A DNA stretch of 64,000 bases, from assembly GCA_043778105.1 (NCBI GenBank), contig JAYWGV010000061.1, positions 5,179 through 69,178 of the forward strand, in the 5' to 3' direction. Under the pieces are notes generated by a model that worked only from the letters and a program-made list of their open reading frames with translations, did no database searches and was not told the origin of the DNA. Shown piece by piece: positions 55,242 through 64,000 of this stretch. The translations under genes were made by a program, and so were the position numbers. How positions within the stretch are numbered: position 1 is the first letter of the stretch; each line of letters opens with the position of its first letter. The stretch is from Bacteroidota bacterium. Its GTDB lineage: Bacteria; Bacteroidota; Bacteroidia; Flavobacteriales; Flavobacteriaceae.

Positions 55242-55976
55242 CTAACCTTTTTTTATATTTCCAGATCCAGAAACTTTTGTATCTTTAGATTTTGGATCAC
55301 CAGAATAAAAAATATCGCCAGAACCAGAAACTCTTGCGTTCAAATTTTCAGAGCAATTCACACGAATATCGCCTGAACCAGAAATTCCGACTTCGACATC
55401 TTTTGTCATTAAATCATTGGCAGAAATATCGCCTGAACCCGAAATTTTTGCAACCAATTTATCTGATTTTCCTTTCAATCGAACGTCGCCCGAACCTGAT
55501 AATTTTGCTTCGACTTCGCTAGCATCAACATCAATATTCAAATCGCCAGAACCTGACAATGTTGCTGTAAATTTTTCAGTTTTTATCTGGTTTTTTGTAT
55601 TAATATCGCCTGATCCAGATAAATTAACAGCAGAAATTTTGTCGAATGGAACTGTAATCAAAATTTTATTACCACGACTAACTTGTAAATTCTTGCCTTT
55701 TTCTTGATAAATTTTCAAAACATTACCTTCAACTTCTACCTTAATATAAGGCAATAAATTTTCTTCGGCTTGAACCGAAATATTTCCTTCTTTTCCAGCA
55801 ACCAAATCAACATCAAAATATCCTTGAAGTTTTATCTCGTCGTATTCGGCTGTTGAACGATTTTCAGTTTTTTGGTTGCCGTTGCCTTTGATTTTTTCGC
55901 CCATCCAAGATTGAGCATTCGATAAACTTGTTGCAAATAAAGTTGCAAATACTAATAATTTAATTGATTTTTTCAT
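55242..55976 (-). CDS. DUF2807 / head-GIN-domain beta-helix protein
   Basis: Signal peptide followed by seven SGSGD(I/V/L) repeats about 20 aa apart. Confidence 0.7.
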   Translation of the reverse strand: MKKSIKLLVFATLFATSLSNAQSWMGEKIKGNGNQKTENRSTAEYDEIKLQGYFDVDLVAGKEGNISVQAEENLLPYIKVEVEGNVLKIYQEKGKNLQVSRGNKILITVPFDKISAVNLSGSGDINTKNQIKTEKFTATLSGSGDLNIDVDASEVEAKLSGSGDVRLKGKSDKLVAKISGSGDISANDLMTKDVEVGISGSGDIRVNCSENLNARVSGSGDIFYSGDPKSKDTKVSGSGNIKKG

Positions 55977-56023
55977 AAAATAATTTTTAAAGTTTGTTAT
56001 TGTTGTACTATAAATGTTTCAAA

Positions 56024-56052
56024 TCTATAAGTCTAAAATCTAAAGTCTAAAA
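56024..56052. repeat. heptamer-phased tract
   Basis: TCTATAAG TCTAAAA TCTAAAG TCTAAAA, overlapping the stop of ORF 56047..57105. Confidence 0.6.
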
Positions 56053-57105
56053 CTTCTTCACTAAATTAATATTGCCATACATCGACGAAATGTTTAGCTT
56101 ATTCATTCCTTTTTGTTTGTAAAAACCATTGTATTGTTTGCTTGTATTTGTAATTTCTTTATTAGAATATTCAAACTCTGAATCAAGTTTTATGTTGCCA
56201 TATTTTGCAGATAAATCAAAATCGAAAGCAAAATTTGCATCAAATCCTATAGAAATATCCGAATAACCTGAATCTATCAAAATATTATTTGCCTTTTCAG
56301 AAATTGTTCCAATAACTATTTTGCTGTATTGTGTTTCGACTTGCAAATTGTTCGATATTTCGCCAATATTCAAAGCCATGTAATTGCCTGAACCAGTAAG
56401 ATTATTAACTTTATCAAATTTTAATTTCCCGTAATTCGAGTCATAAATCAGGTTTTGACAACTAGCAATATTAACGTCAGTATAATTGGTATCTATTTTT
56501 AAATTTGATACATCATTAATCGTTATTCCTGAATATTTCGCTTCGATTATTCCATTTTTAATTAATTCTATGGTCGATTTCGGACAATATGCCAGTTCAA
56601 TTTTCGAACTATTGCCATTCATTTTTGCCAAAACTATTTTTCCATAGGCGCAATCTATATCAAGATTTCCTTGAATATCATCACAAAAAATGCTTCCATA
56701 TTTATTAGTCAATTTCACACTGCCGTTTTTTGGAATTTTAATCACATAATTAATTTCCATACTATTGGTATTTCCATTATTATAAAAATTAGAATCTTCG
56801 ATAACAGTTTTCGCAGAAACCAAATTGGTAAAAGCATCAATTTTTACATCAATACCTTCAATGCGGCGATTGACCCATTTCTCGCTATCGCCAGAAACTT
56901 TTATCAAAATGTCTAGCTCGATTTTATCTTCATTCCAAGTCGAAACCGAAATATTTCCATAAGCATTGTCAATATTTATTCCAGCATCAGGTTTTACCAA
57001 ATAGGCTTTATTAATGACTTTTTGTTTGACAAATGGTGGCTCTTCATTGATTGAAAATCCCATAATCGGAATCATCAATGCCAATAAACTATATAATATT
57101 TTCAT
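56047..57105 (-). CDS. DUF4097-like repetitive beta-helix protein
   Basis: Repeated (K/N/M)YG(N/K/S)I.L units. It overlaps the anti-sigma gene by 17 nt. Confidence 0.6.
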   Translation of the reverse strand: MKILYSLLALMIPIMGFSINEEPPFVKQKVINKAYLVKPDAGINIDNAYGNISVSTWNEDKIELDILIKVSGDSEKWVNRRIEGIDVKIDAFTNLVSAKTVIEDSNFYNNGNTNSMEINYVIKIPKNGSVKLTNKYGSIFCDDIQGNLDIDCAYGKIVLAKMNGNSSKIELAYCPKSTIELIKNGIIEAKYSGITINDVSNLKIDTNYTDVNIASCQNLIYDSNYGKLKFDKVNNLTGSGNYMALNIGEISNNLQVETQYSKIVIGTISEKANNILIDSGYSDISIGFDANFAFDFDLSAKYGNIKLDSEFEYSNKEITNTSKQYNGFYKQKGMNKLNISSMYGNINLVKKF

Positions 57106-57625
57106 TTGATATATTTTTTATTTTTTCATTTTCCTCTATATGCGACATTACATTTTGCAAAAATGACATTCTGGTTTGCAAATTGGCAATCAATGCCATG
57201 ATTAACGATTTATTTTCACCATTATGCTGCAATTCAATAACAATATTTTGATAATCAACATCTAAAATTTTCATTTGCTTTAAAGCATCTTGAATAATAA
57301 TTTCGTTTGCTGGCGATTTTTTTTCTTTGATTTTAATTAGTTCTTTTTCGATTAAAACTGTAAAAATCGAATCGGTTTGACGTGTTTCCACAGATGCAAA
57401 TTCTAGATTTTTAGGTTTTTGGTTATTATTATATAAAAAAGAGATTCCAACTATCAATAATAATGAAGCCGCAACAGCAAACGGAATAAAATAGTTTCTT
57501 TTTGATTTTTTGTTTTGTAATTTATTCAAAAACACATCTTTATGATTCGAGTTTAATTCGTTTAGATCCCAATTTTTTTCATGTTTTTGGAATAATTTTT
57601 CTAGATTATCATTTTCATTTTTCAT
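57089..57625 (-). CDS. anti-sigma factor-like single-pass membrane protein
   Basis: Starting at MKNENDN (57625) gives an ATGA overlap with the sigma gene stop. It has one central TM helix. Confidence 0.6.
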   Translation of the reverse strand: MKNENDNLEKLFQKHEKNWDLNELNSNHKDVFLNKLQNKKSKRNYFIPFAVAASLLLIVGISFLYNNNQKPKNLEFASVETRQTDSIFTVLIEKELIKIKEKKSPANEIIIQDALKQMKILDVDYQNIVIELQHNGENKSLIMALIANLQTRMSFLQNVMSHIEENEKIKNISNENII

Positions 57626-58176
57626 ATTTCTTCTAATTTTTTTCTTAAACTGTCTTTTGCTCGACTTAATGTTGTTCGGCAATTGGCATAACTAATATTT
57701 AGAATTTCGCAAATCTCCTCTTGGTCATATCCTTCAATAAAAAACAATGTTAAAACCATTCTGTAATTGTCTTTTAAATTGTTAATTGTTTCTAAAACCT
57801 GATTGACTTTTAAATCATTAAAATCAGAATTATCGACTAAATTTTCATTATTTTCTTCAATTTTGTATAGATTTTTTTCGAAATCTTCAAACTGAAATTG
57901 ATTGTTTTTCTTATAAAAATCTATACTATAATTAACAATTATTCGTTTTAACCAAGCACCAAAAGCAACTTCTTGTTTATAAGAATCAATTTTAGTAAAT
58001 GCTTTCAAAAAACCTTCTTGCATGACATCTTGCGCAAAATGTTCGTCTTTTACAATTCGAAACGCTACATTATACATCGCCTTGCAATAGCGATTGTAGA
58101 TTTCGAATTGGGCTTTCTGATTTTGTTTTCTGCAAAGCGCAACTAATTCTTCTATATTTTGATTCGTACAGTTCAA
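57622..58176 (-). CDS. ECF-type RNA polymerase sigma-70 factor
   Basis: Region 2 (DVMQEGFLKAF...WLKRIIVN) and a region 4 HTH (EEICEILNISYANCRTTLSRAK). Confidence 0.85.
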   Translation of the reverse strand: MNCTNQNIEELVALCRKQNQKAQFEIYNRYCKAMYNVAFRIVKDEHFAQDVMQEGFLKAFTKIDSYKQEVAFGAWLKRIIVNYSIDFYKKNNQFQFEDFEKNLYKIEENNENLVDNSDFNDLKVNQVLETINNLKDNYRMVLTLFFIEGYDQEEICEILNISYANCRTTLSRAKDSLRKKLEEI

Positions 58177-58274
58177 AAAGTTAGTTTAGTTTAATTAAAA
58201 GACTGTCACTTTTATTTGGTGTTACAGTTTAATGTAAAAATACTTGAAAATTTTTTTATGAATGAGGTTTTTTA

Positions 58275-58282
58275 TATATTTG
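58275..58282 (+). promoter_or_regulatory. -7 box TATATTTG (lipoprotein 58297)
   Basis: TAnnTTTG match, 14 nt upstream of the ATG. Confidence 0.45.
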
Positions 58283-58296
58283 AAAAAAATATTTTA

Positions 58297-59286
58297 ATGA
58301 AATATAAATTTTTAGTTTTAAAAATCTTTTTACTGATTTCATTTTTGGCTTTTTATTCATGTAATATTGAACCAATTGATCCAAAAGTTCAAACGAACCA
58401 AACTTCAATTGCTAATACGCCAACGGTCGTTCCAGAAGTTGTCGTTCCGGTATTGCCTGTTTTTAAAGTTAATTTCGATGCGCAGGTTTTTGCAGCTACT
58501 AATATTGTTGCAGTTAAAGGCATAAATGGTTTTTATACAATAAGTGGTTTAGCGACTGCCAACGGAATTACACGAAAAATTTCGATTTATTTTTCTGATA
58601 TTGCAAATAATGAAAATACAACTGGACTGCTCGAACCAAACGAGTTGGGCAAAGGTTTAATATCGTATAATTTAAATTCTGGTTTAACTCAAAATAATGT
58701 TTTTAAATCGCACAATAAAGCTTTGCCAACGTCAACAACTGGTTCAATTAAAATTTTGAATAACGACACATCTAAAAATTTAATATCTGGTATTTTTAAC
58801 GCAACAGTTTATTTATATGATGTAAATACCAACGAATTAATTGGCTCTAAAGTTTTATCAAATGGTATTTTTACGAATATCGAATACCAAAATAATGCTC
58901 AAAATCCCGATAATAATACTTTTTTCGCAAAAGTTGACGGATTAGATTTTGTTGAAGATGCAATCGATGTTGTTAATGTGCAATCGTCTGGTTTCCCAGA
59001 TAGCATTAGTATTACTGCCAAAAAAACATCTGGCGAAAAAATAATTTTATCTATTAATAAAGATTTAGTTGCCAGTACATATAATATAACTGGACCTTTG
59101 AACAGTGATTTAGTTTCTGGAAAATATTTTATAAATAACTCATTATATTATGCCAATTCTGGAAATGTTATAATAACCAGCAAAACTGCAACTCGTGTTG
59201 CTGGAACATTTCAATTTATTTCGTCAAGTACTTTAAATACTAATACCCAAAATATTTCTCAAGGGTCATTTGATGTCAACTACTAA
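58297..59286 (+). CDS. hypothetical lipoprotein
   Basis: MKYKFLVLKIFLLISFLAFYSC lipobox. A TATATTTG box lies 14 nt upstream of this ATG. Confidence 0.55.
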   Translation: MKYKFLVLKIFLLISFLAFYSCNIEPIDPKVQTNQTSIANTPTVVPEVVVPVLPVFKVNFDAQVFAATNIVAVKGINGFYTISGLATANGITRKISIYFSDIANNENTTGLLEPNELGKGLISYNLNSGLTQNNVFKSHNKALPTSTTGSIKILNNDTSKNLISGIFNATVYLYDVNTNELIGSKVLSNGIFTNIEYQNNAQNPDNNTFFAKVDGLDFVEDAIDVVNVQSSGFPDSISITAKKTSGEKIILSINKDLVASTYNITGPLNSDLVSGKYFINNSLYYANSGNVIITSKTATRVAGTFQFISSSTLNTNTQNISQGSFDVNY

Positions 59287-59296
59287 AACTTAAGTA

Positions 59297-60145
59297 ATGA
59301 AAAACATTAAAATTTCTATAAGTATTTTACTTTTGATATTTTTTTATTCGTGTACAGACGAAAAAATTGATCCAATCGTAAAAATTCCAACCGATGCGAA
59401 TAATCCAACTAATGTTATTTTAGATCCAAATAATCCATCAAACCCGATTGCTGGCGAACTTTTTATAACAAATCCGTCGAATGATTATTTTCCGATGGCT
59501 GTCATGAATAAATGGAATTATGATACTAAAACCAGCACCAAAGAATTAAAAATTCTTTCCGATAAAACTATCGAAGCTGTCAAATATTTTAAACTTAATG
59601 AACCAATAATTGACACAAAAAGCATCGGCGACTTCTCAAATACTGATATAACTTGTTATGTTCGGAAATTATCAGGCGATTATTATCAACGAATAAATAT
59701 CAATAGACCAGAAAACTACACGCCGCCAGAAGGTGGAAATTCTGGTGTTTCTGTAAAATCAGGAATTGTTATTCAGCCGTTCGAAGTAAAATTTTTTAAA
59801 GAATCTGTTGCAGTTGGTCAATCATTTTTAGAAACTAAAACTCTTGACCAACTTGAATCTAAGACGGTCACAATTATCGAAAATGGATTGCAAGTAACTC
59901 GCACGAGGCATGTAACATCTTATCCAGTGCTAAAATATACCGTCGAAGTTCTTGAAAAGAAAGAAAATCAATTTGTAAACAAAATTCGAACCACAATCAT
60001 TAAAACTAAATTGACCAATAATTTAAATTCAGATGTGACCTTTTATTGGTTTGCAAAAAATATCGGATTAATTCGTCAATCGAATGAAAATGATTCGAGC
60101 GAAGTTATAGATTTTTTAGAAATAAAAACATTTAGCTTTTTTTAA
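59297..60145 (+). CDS. hypothetical lipoprotein
   Basis: Lipobox (FFYSC), followed by an intrinsic terminator. Confidence 0.55.
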   Translation: MKNIKISISILLLIFFYSCTDEKIDPIVKIPTDANNPTNVILDPNNPSNPIAGELFITNPSNDYFPMAVMNKWNYDTKTSTKELKILSDKTIEAVKYFKLNEPIIDTKSIGDFSNTDITCYVRKLSGDYYQRININRPENYTPPEGGNSGVSVKSGIVIQPFEVKFFKESVAVGQSFLETKTLDQLESKTVTIIENGLQVTRTRHVTSYPVLKYTVEVLEKKENQFVNKIRTTIIKTKLTNNLNSDVTFYWFAKNIGLIRQSNENDSSEVIDFLEIKTFSFF

Positions 60146-60164
60146 TGTCAGTTAAATAGAAAAA

Positions 60165-60191
60165 ATCCGTCTATATGGCGGATTTTTTTTT
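60165..60191 (+). terminator. intrinsic terminator after lipoprotein 59297..60145
   Basis: ATCCGTC-TATAT-GGCGGAT (one G-U pair), followed by T9. Confidence 0.7.
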
Positions 60192-60290
60192 CTGGTATAA
60201 TCATTGAATATTTTTAGATAATTTTTTAAATCACAAATTATTATTTGTCAAAATAATATAAATCAAATAGTTAAAATATTTAACAATAAT

Positions 60291-62744
60291 ATGTCACAAC
60301 ATAAAATATTTACAATTGACAATATGTCACTTCAAGAAATCGACTCAGATTCAGAATTAATTCCACTTTTGACTCGAGAAGACGAAGAAGAAATGAACAA
60401 CGAAGCGTTACCAGAAAGTTTATCAATTTTGCCTTTGCGCAATACAGTTTTATTTCCAGGCGTAGTTATTCCAATAGCTGCGGGTCGCGATAAATCTATA
60501 AAATTAATCAACGATGCCTATGCAGCTGGTCAATTAATTGGAGTTGTTGCTCAGCTAGACGAATCTGCCGAAGATCCTGGTTTTAATGATGTTCATAAAA
60601 TTGGCACAGTTGCTAGAGTACTTCGTGTTATTAAAATGCCAGATGGCAATATTACTGTAATTCTTCAAGGAACCAAACGTTTCGAAATCAACGAATTTGT
60701 TCAAGAAAACCCTTATTTGATTGCAACTATTAACGAGGCAAAAGAAAAACGTCCCGCAAAATCTGATTCAGAATTTAACACAATTGTCGATTCTCTAAAA
60801 GATTTAGCAATAAACATTATCAATATTTCTCCGAATATTCCAACCGAAGCTACATTTGCAATAAAAAATATTGAAAGCAAACCGTTTTTAATAAATTTTG
60901 TGTCTTCGAATATGAATTTAGAAGTCAAAGACAAACAAGCACTTTTGTCAATGAATATTCTAAAAGACCGCGCAATGGAAACCTTGCGTTTCATGAATGT
61001 TGAATTTCAAAAATTAGAATTAAAAAACGATATTCAATCTAAAGTTCGATTTGATTTAGACCAGCAACAACGTGAATATTTCTTAAATCAGCAAATAAAA
61101 ACCATTCAAGAAGAATTGGGTGGCGCATCGCAGGAACAAGAAATTAGCGAAATGCGAACCAAAGCCTCATTGAAATTATGGGACGAAAAAACAGGTCAAC
61201 ATTTTGAAAAAGAATTGTCAAAATTGCAAAGAATGAATCCAAATGCACCCGATTTTGGAATGCAACGCAATTATTTAGAATTGTTTTTGGATTTGCCATG
61301 GAATGAATTTTCCAAAGATAATTTTGATTTAAAAAGAGCTCAGAAAATTCTTGATCGTGATCATTTTGGATTAGACGATGTTAAAAAAAGAATGATTGAA
61401 CATTTGGCAGTTTTAAAATTGCGAAACGATATGAAATCTCCAATTTTGTGTTTAACTGGTCCTCCTGGTGTTGGTAAAACCTCGATTGGCAAATCGGTTG
61501 CCGAAGCTTTAGGTCGAGAATATGTTAGAATTTCGCTTGGCGGATTGCGGGACGAAGCCGAAATTCGTGGACACAGAAAAACTTATATTGGTTCAATGCC
61601 AGGACGAATTATTCAAAGTTTAAAGAAAGCCAAAACTGCCAATCCAGTTTTTGTTTTGGACGAAATCGATAAATTATCAAATAGCAATCATGGTGATCCA
61701 TCATCGGCTTTATTAGAAGTTTTGGATCCAGAACAAAACAAAGAATTTTATGATAATTTCTTAGAAGTTGGTTTCGATTTATCGAAGGTAATGTTTATTG
61801 CAACGTCGAATAATATGGCAAATATTCAACCAGCGTTAAAAGACAGAATGGAAATTATAACAATGTCTGGCTATACAATCGAAGAAAAAGTCGAAATTGC
61901 CAAACAACATTTAATTCCAAAACAGTTAAAAGAACACGGATTAACTGCCAAAGATTTAACAATTGGCAAGAAACAATTAGAAAAAATTGTTACAGGTTAC
62001 ACACGTGAATCAGGTGTTCGTGGATTAGAAAATAAAATTGCACAAATGATTCGAAATGCAGCCAAATCTGTAGCTATGGAAGAATCATATAATTTAAAAG
62101 TAGAAGAAAAAGATATTTTATCAGTACTTGGTGCTGCAAGACTAGAAAGAGATAAATCTGAAAGCAATGATGTTGCTGGCGTTGTTACCGGTTTGGCTTG
62201 GACATCAGTTGGTGGCGATATTTTATTTATCGAATCACTAATTTCTCCAGGAAAAGGAGCAATGACAATTACCGGAAATCTTGGAACTGTAATGAAAGAA
62301 TCGGCAACAATTGCGCTTGAATACATTAAAGCAAATGCTGAATTACTTGGTATAAATCCTGAAATTTTACCTAAAAACAACATTCACATTCACATTCCTG
62401 AAGGTGCAACTCCAAAAGATGGACCAAGTGCTGGAATTGCTATGTTAACTTCTCTAGTTTCTTTACTAAAACAAAAAAGAATTAAGAAAAATGTTGCAAT
62501 GACAGGCGAAATTACTTTGCGTGGAAAAGTTTTGCCAGTTGGCGGAATTAAAGAAAAAGTTTTGGCTGCCAAAAGAGCCAATATTAAAGAAATTATAATG
62601 TGCGCCGAAAATAAACGAGATATTGACGAAATTAAACCCGAATATCTCGAAGGATTGACTTTTCATTTTGTAAAAGAAATGTCAGAAGTTTTGGATTATG
62701 CTATTACAAATGAGGATGTTAAAAACGCAAAAACATTAAGTTAG
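60291..62744 (+). CDS. lon: ATP-dependent Lon protease
   Basis: LON N-domain, Walker A GPPGVGKTS, and the protease motif PKDGPSAG. Confidence 0.93.
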   Translation: MSQHKIFTIDNMSLQEIDSDSELIPLLTREDEEEMNNEALPESLSILPLRNTVLFPGVVIPIAAGRDKSIKLINDAYAAGQLIGVVAQLDESAEDPGFNDVHKIGTVARVLRVIKMPDGNITVILQGTKRFEINEFVQENPYLIATINEAKEKRPAKSDSEFNTIVDSLKDLAINIINISPNIPTEATFAIKNIESKPFLINFVSSNMNLEVKDKQALLSMNILKDRAMETLRFMNVEFQKLELKNDIQSKVRFDLDQQQREYFLNQQIKTIQEELGGASQEQEISEMRTKASLKLWDEKTGQHFEKELSKLQRMNPNAPDFGMQRNYLELFLDLPWNEFSKDNFDLKRAQKILDRDHFGLDDVKKRMIEHLAVLKLRNDMKSPILCLTGPPGVGKTSIGKSVAEALGREYVRISLGGLRDEAEIRGHRKTYIGSMPGRIIQSLKKAKTANPVFVLDEIDKLSNSNHGDPSSALLEVLDPEQNKEFYDNFLEVGFDLSKVMFIATSNNMANIQPALKDRMEIITMSGYTIEEKVEIAKQHLIPKQLKEHGLTAKDLTIGKKQLEKIVTGYTRESGVRGLENKIAQMIRNAAKSVAMEESYNLKVEEKDILSVLGAARLERDKSESNDVAGVVTGLAWTSVGGDILFIESLISPGKGAMTITGNLGTVMKESATIALEYIKANAELLGINPEILPKNNIHIHIPEGATPKDGPSAGIAMLTSLVSLLKQKRIKKNVAMTGEITLRGKVLPVGGIKEKVLAAKRANIKEIIMCAENKRDIDEIKPEYLEGLTFHFVKEMSEVLDYAITNEDVKNAKTLS

Positions 62745-62799
62745 AAAACTTTCAAAAATAAAAAATTTTAATTATAATTTTTTTCTTAAAGAAACGTTA

Positions 62800-62807
62800 T
62801 ATCTTTG
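62800..62807 (+). promoter_or_regulatory. -7 box TATCTTTG (porQ)
   Basis: TAnnTTTG match, 17 nt upstream of the ATG. Confidence 0.5.
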
Positions 62808-62824
62808 AATATTTAGAAAAATAT

Positions 62825-63847
62825 ATGTTTAAAAAAAATCTTTTATTAGTCGCTTTCTTGATTTGTAGTAATTTTTATGGACAAATTGGTGGTCAATCGG
62901 TATATCAATTTTTAAGTTTGGTCAATTCGCCTAGACAAGCAGCTTTAGGTGGTAAAATTGTAACTTTTAATGATGATGATGTAAACCAGTTTCAGTTCAA
63001 TCCTGCTTCGATTAATAAAGAAATGAGCAATAGAATTGGTGTAAATTATGGAAGCTATTTTGGCGAAATAACCTATGGAACTGCTGCTTATGCATATAAT
63101 TTTAAAAACGATAAAACTTTTGCAATTGGCGCAACCTACATAAATTATGGTCAATTTGATGGTTACAATCAGTTTGGAAATGCAACCGATAATTTTTCGG
63201 CAAGCGAAGCCGCAATTTCAGTAGGCTATTCTCATTTAATTCCAAATACAAATGTCAAAGTTGGATTAAATGCCAAAATAATTAATTCCTCATTCGAAAC
63301 CTATAATTCTGTTGGCGCAGCAGCCGATTTAGGTTTTCTATATTTCGATAAAGAAAGCAATATTAATTGGGCTTTAGCGATTAGAAATGCTGGTGCTCAA
63401 ATTACAACCTATAATGGCACAAAAGAAAAACTTCCAACCGAAATTATTTTTGGAGTTTCCAAAACTCTTGAAAACATTCCAGTTCGTTGGCATTTAACAT
63501 TAGAAAATTTGCAACAATGGCAAGTTGCTTTTGCAAATCCAAATAGGGCAGTAGCTGGAATCGAAGGCGATGTTACGCCAGAAAAAGTCTCGTTTTTGAA
63601 CAACGCTTTGCGACATGTTTTGTTTGGAGTTGAACTTTTTCCTAAAAAAAGTTTTAATTTAAGATTAGGATATAATTTCCGCCGAGCCGAAGAATTGAGC
63701 ATTGTTGATCAACGCAATTTTTCAGGAATTTGTCTTGGTTTTGGATTAAAAGTGAATAAACTAAAATTCAATTATTCTTATTCTAGATATACGCTTGCAG
63801 CAAATACAAGTCTATTTGGTTTGACAATAAACTTGAATGATGAATAA
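62825..63847 (+). CDS. porQ: type IX secretion system outer-membrane protein PorQ
   Basis: The N-terminus QIGGQSVYQFLSLVNSPRQAALGG is typical of PorQ-family beta-barrels. Confidence 0.65.
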   Translation: MFKKNLLLVAFLICSNFYGQIGGQSVYQFLSLVNSPRQAALGGKIVTFNDDDVNQFQFNPASINKEMSNRIGVNYGSYFGEITYGTAAYAYNFKNDKTFAIGATYINYGQFDGYNQFGNATDNFSASEAAISVGYSHLIPNTNVKVGLNAKIINSSFETYNSVGAAADLGFLYFDKESNINWALAIRNAGAQITTYNGTKEKLPTEIIFGVSKTLENIPVRWHLTLENLQQWQVAFANPNRAVAGIEGDVTPEKVSFLNNALRHVLFGVELFPKKSFNLRLGYNFRRAEELSIVDQRNFSGICLGFGLKVNKLKFNYSYSRYTLAANTSLFGLTINLNDE

Positions 63848-63848
63848 T

Positions 63849-63914
63849 GACTTTTAGACATTAGACTATTAGACATTAGATTATAGACATTAGATTTACA
63901 GACGTCAGATTTAA
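63849..63914. repeat. heptamer-phased tract
   Basis: GACTTTTA GACATTA GACTATTA GACATTA GATTATA GACATTA GATTTACA GACGTCA GATTTAA, directly after the porQ stop. Confidence 0.7.
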
Positions 63915-64000
63915 AAATTAAGCTGTCTCCCTGAGCGCAGTGGAAGAGTTTATAATTAACAAGAAACAAATTCTTTTGAAAAAAATTACAATAGCAATCG

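Noticed and set aside
63921-63950. A GC-rich segment (GCTGTCTCCCTGAGCGCAGTGGAAGAG) at the right edge, which resembles REP-like GC islands.
   Set aside because: There is only a single copy in the window, and it is too close to the edge to see its full extent or a partner arm.

Overview
This 64-kb window is AT-rich chromosomal DNA from a Flavobacteriaceae-type Bacteroidota genome. The taxonomic call rests on gldF/gldG gliding genes, porQ, a fused lpxC-fabZ, and TAnnTTTG -7 promoter boxes with no Shine-Dalgarno sequences. Most of the window is housekeeping. It holds the lipid A operon lpxD-lpxC/fabZ-lpxA-efp-lpxD2, plus fabG, sucD, rimO, dnaN, purC, lon and phoH. It also holds a GlgE-type alpha-glucan cluster (glgE, maltokinase, glgB, GH31, GH13 amylase), a Crp/Fnr-linked sulfur cluster, and an ECF sigma/anti-sigma envelope module. 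I saw no rRNA, tRNA, CRISPR array, integrase or transposase.

The best candidate for something new is a very AT-rich three-gene cassette on the minus strand at 30326-31603, between gldF and an ABM-like gene. It encodes a 97-aa protein, then a SecB-like chaperone (135 aa), then a 193-aa protein of unknown function. The genes are translationally coupled, and the layout resembles toxin-antitoxin-chaperone modules, but neither partner matches a known family.

Other notable signals:
- A roughly 80-110 nt intergenic repeat occurs four times. Its arms are conserved, two base pairs covary, and the apical hairpin is fully swapped between copies, so it may be a structured RNA or REP-like element.
- A C5/G5 element sits at three stop codons, always in the same orientation relative to the upstream gene.
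- Heptanucleotide-phased tracts occur in at least ten intergenic gaps across the window.
- A ParE/RelE toxin gene is inactivated by an in-frame TAA, while its antitoxin is intact. The pair is inserted inside the glgE-mak-glgB cluster.
- Two CRP/FNR-type boxes lie at identical spacing from the -7 boxes of the sulfur genes.

All protein calls come from motif recognition by eye, and no database search was possible.
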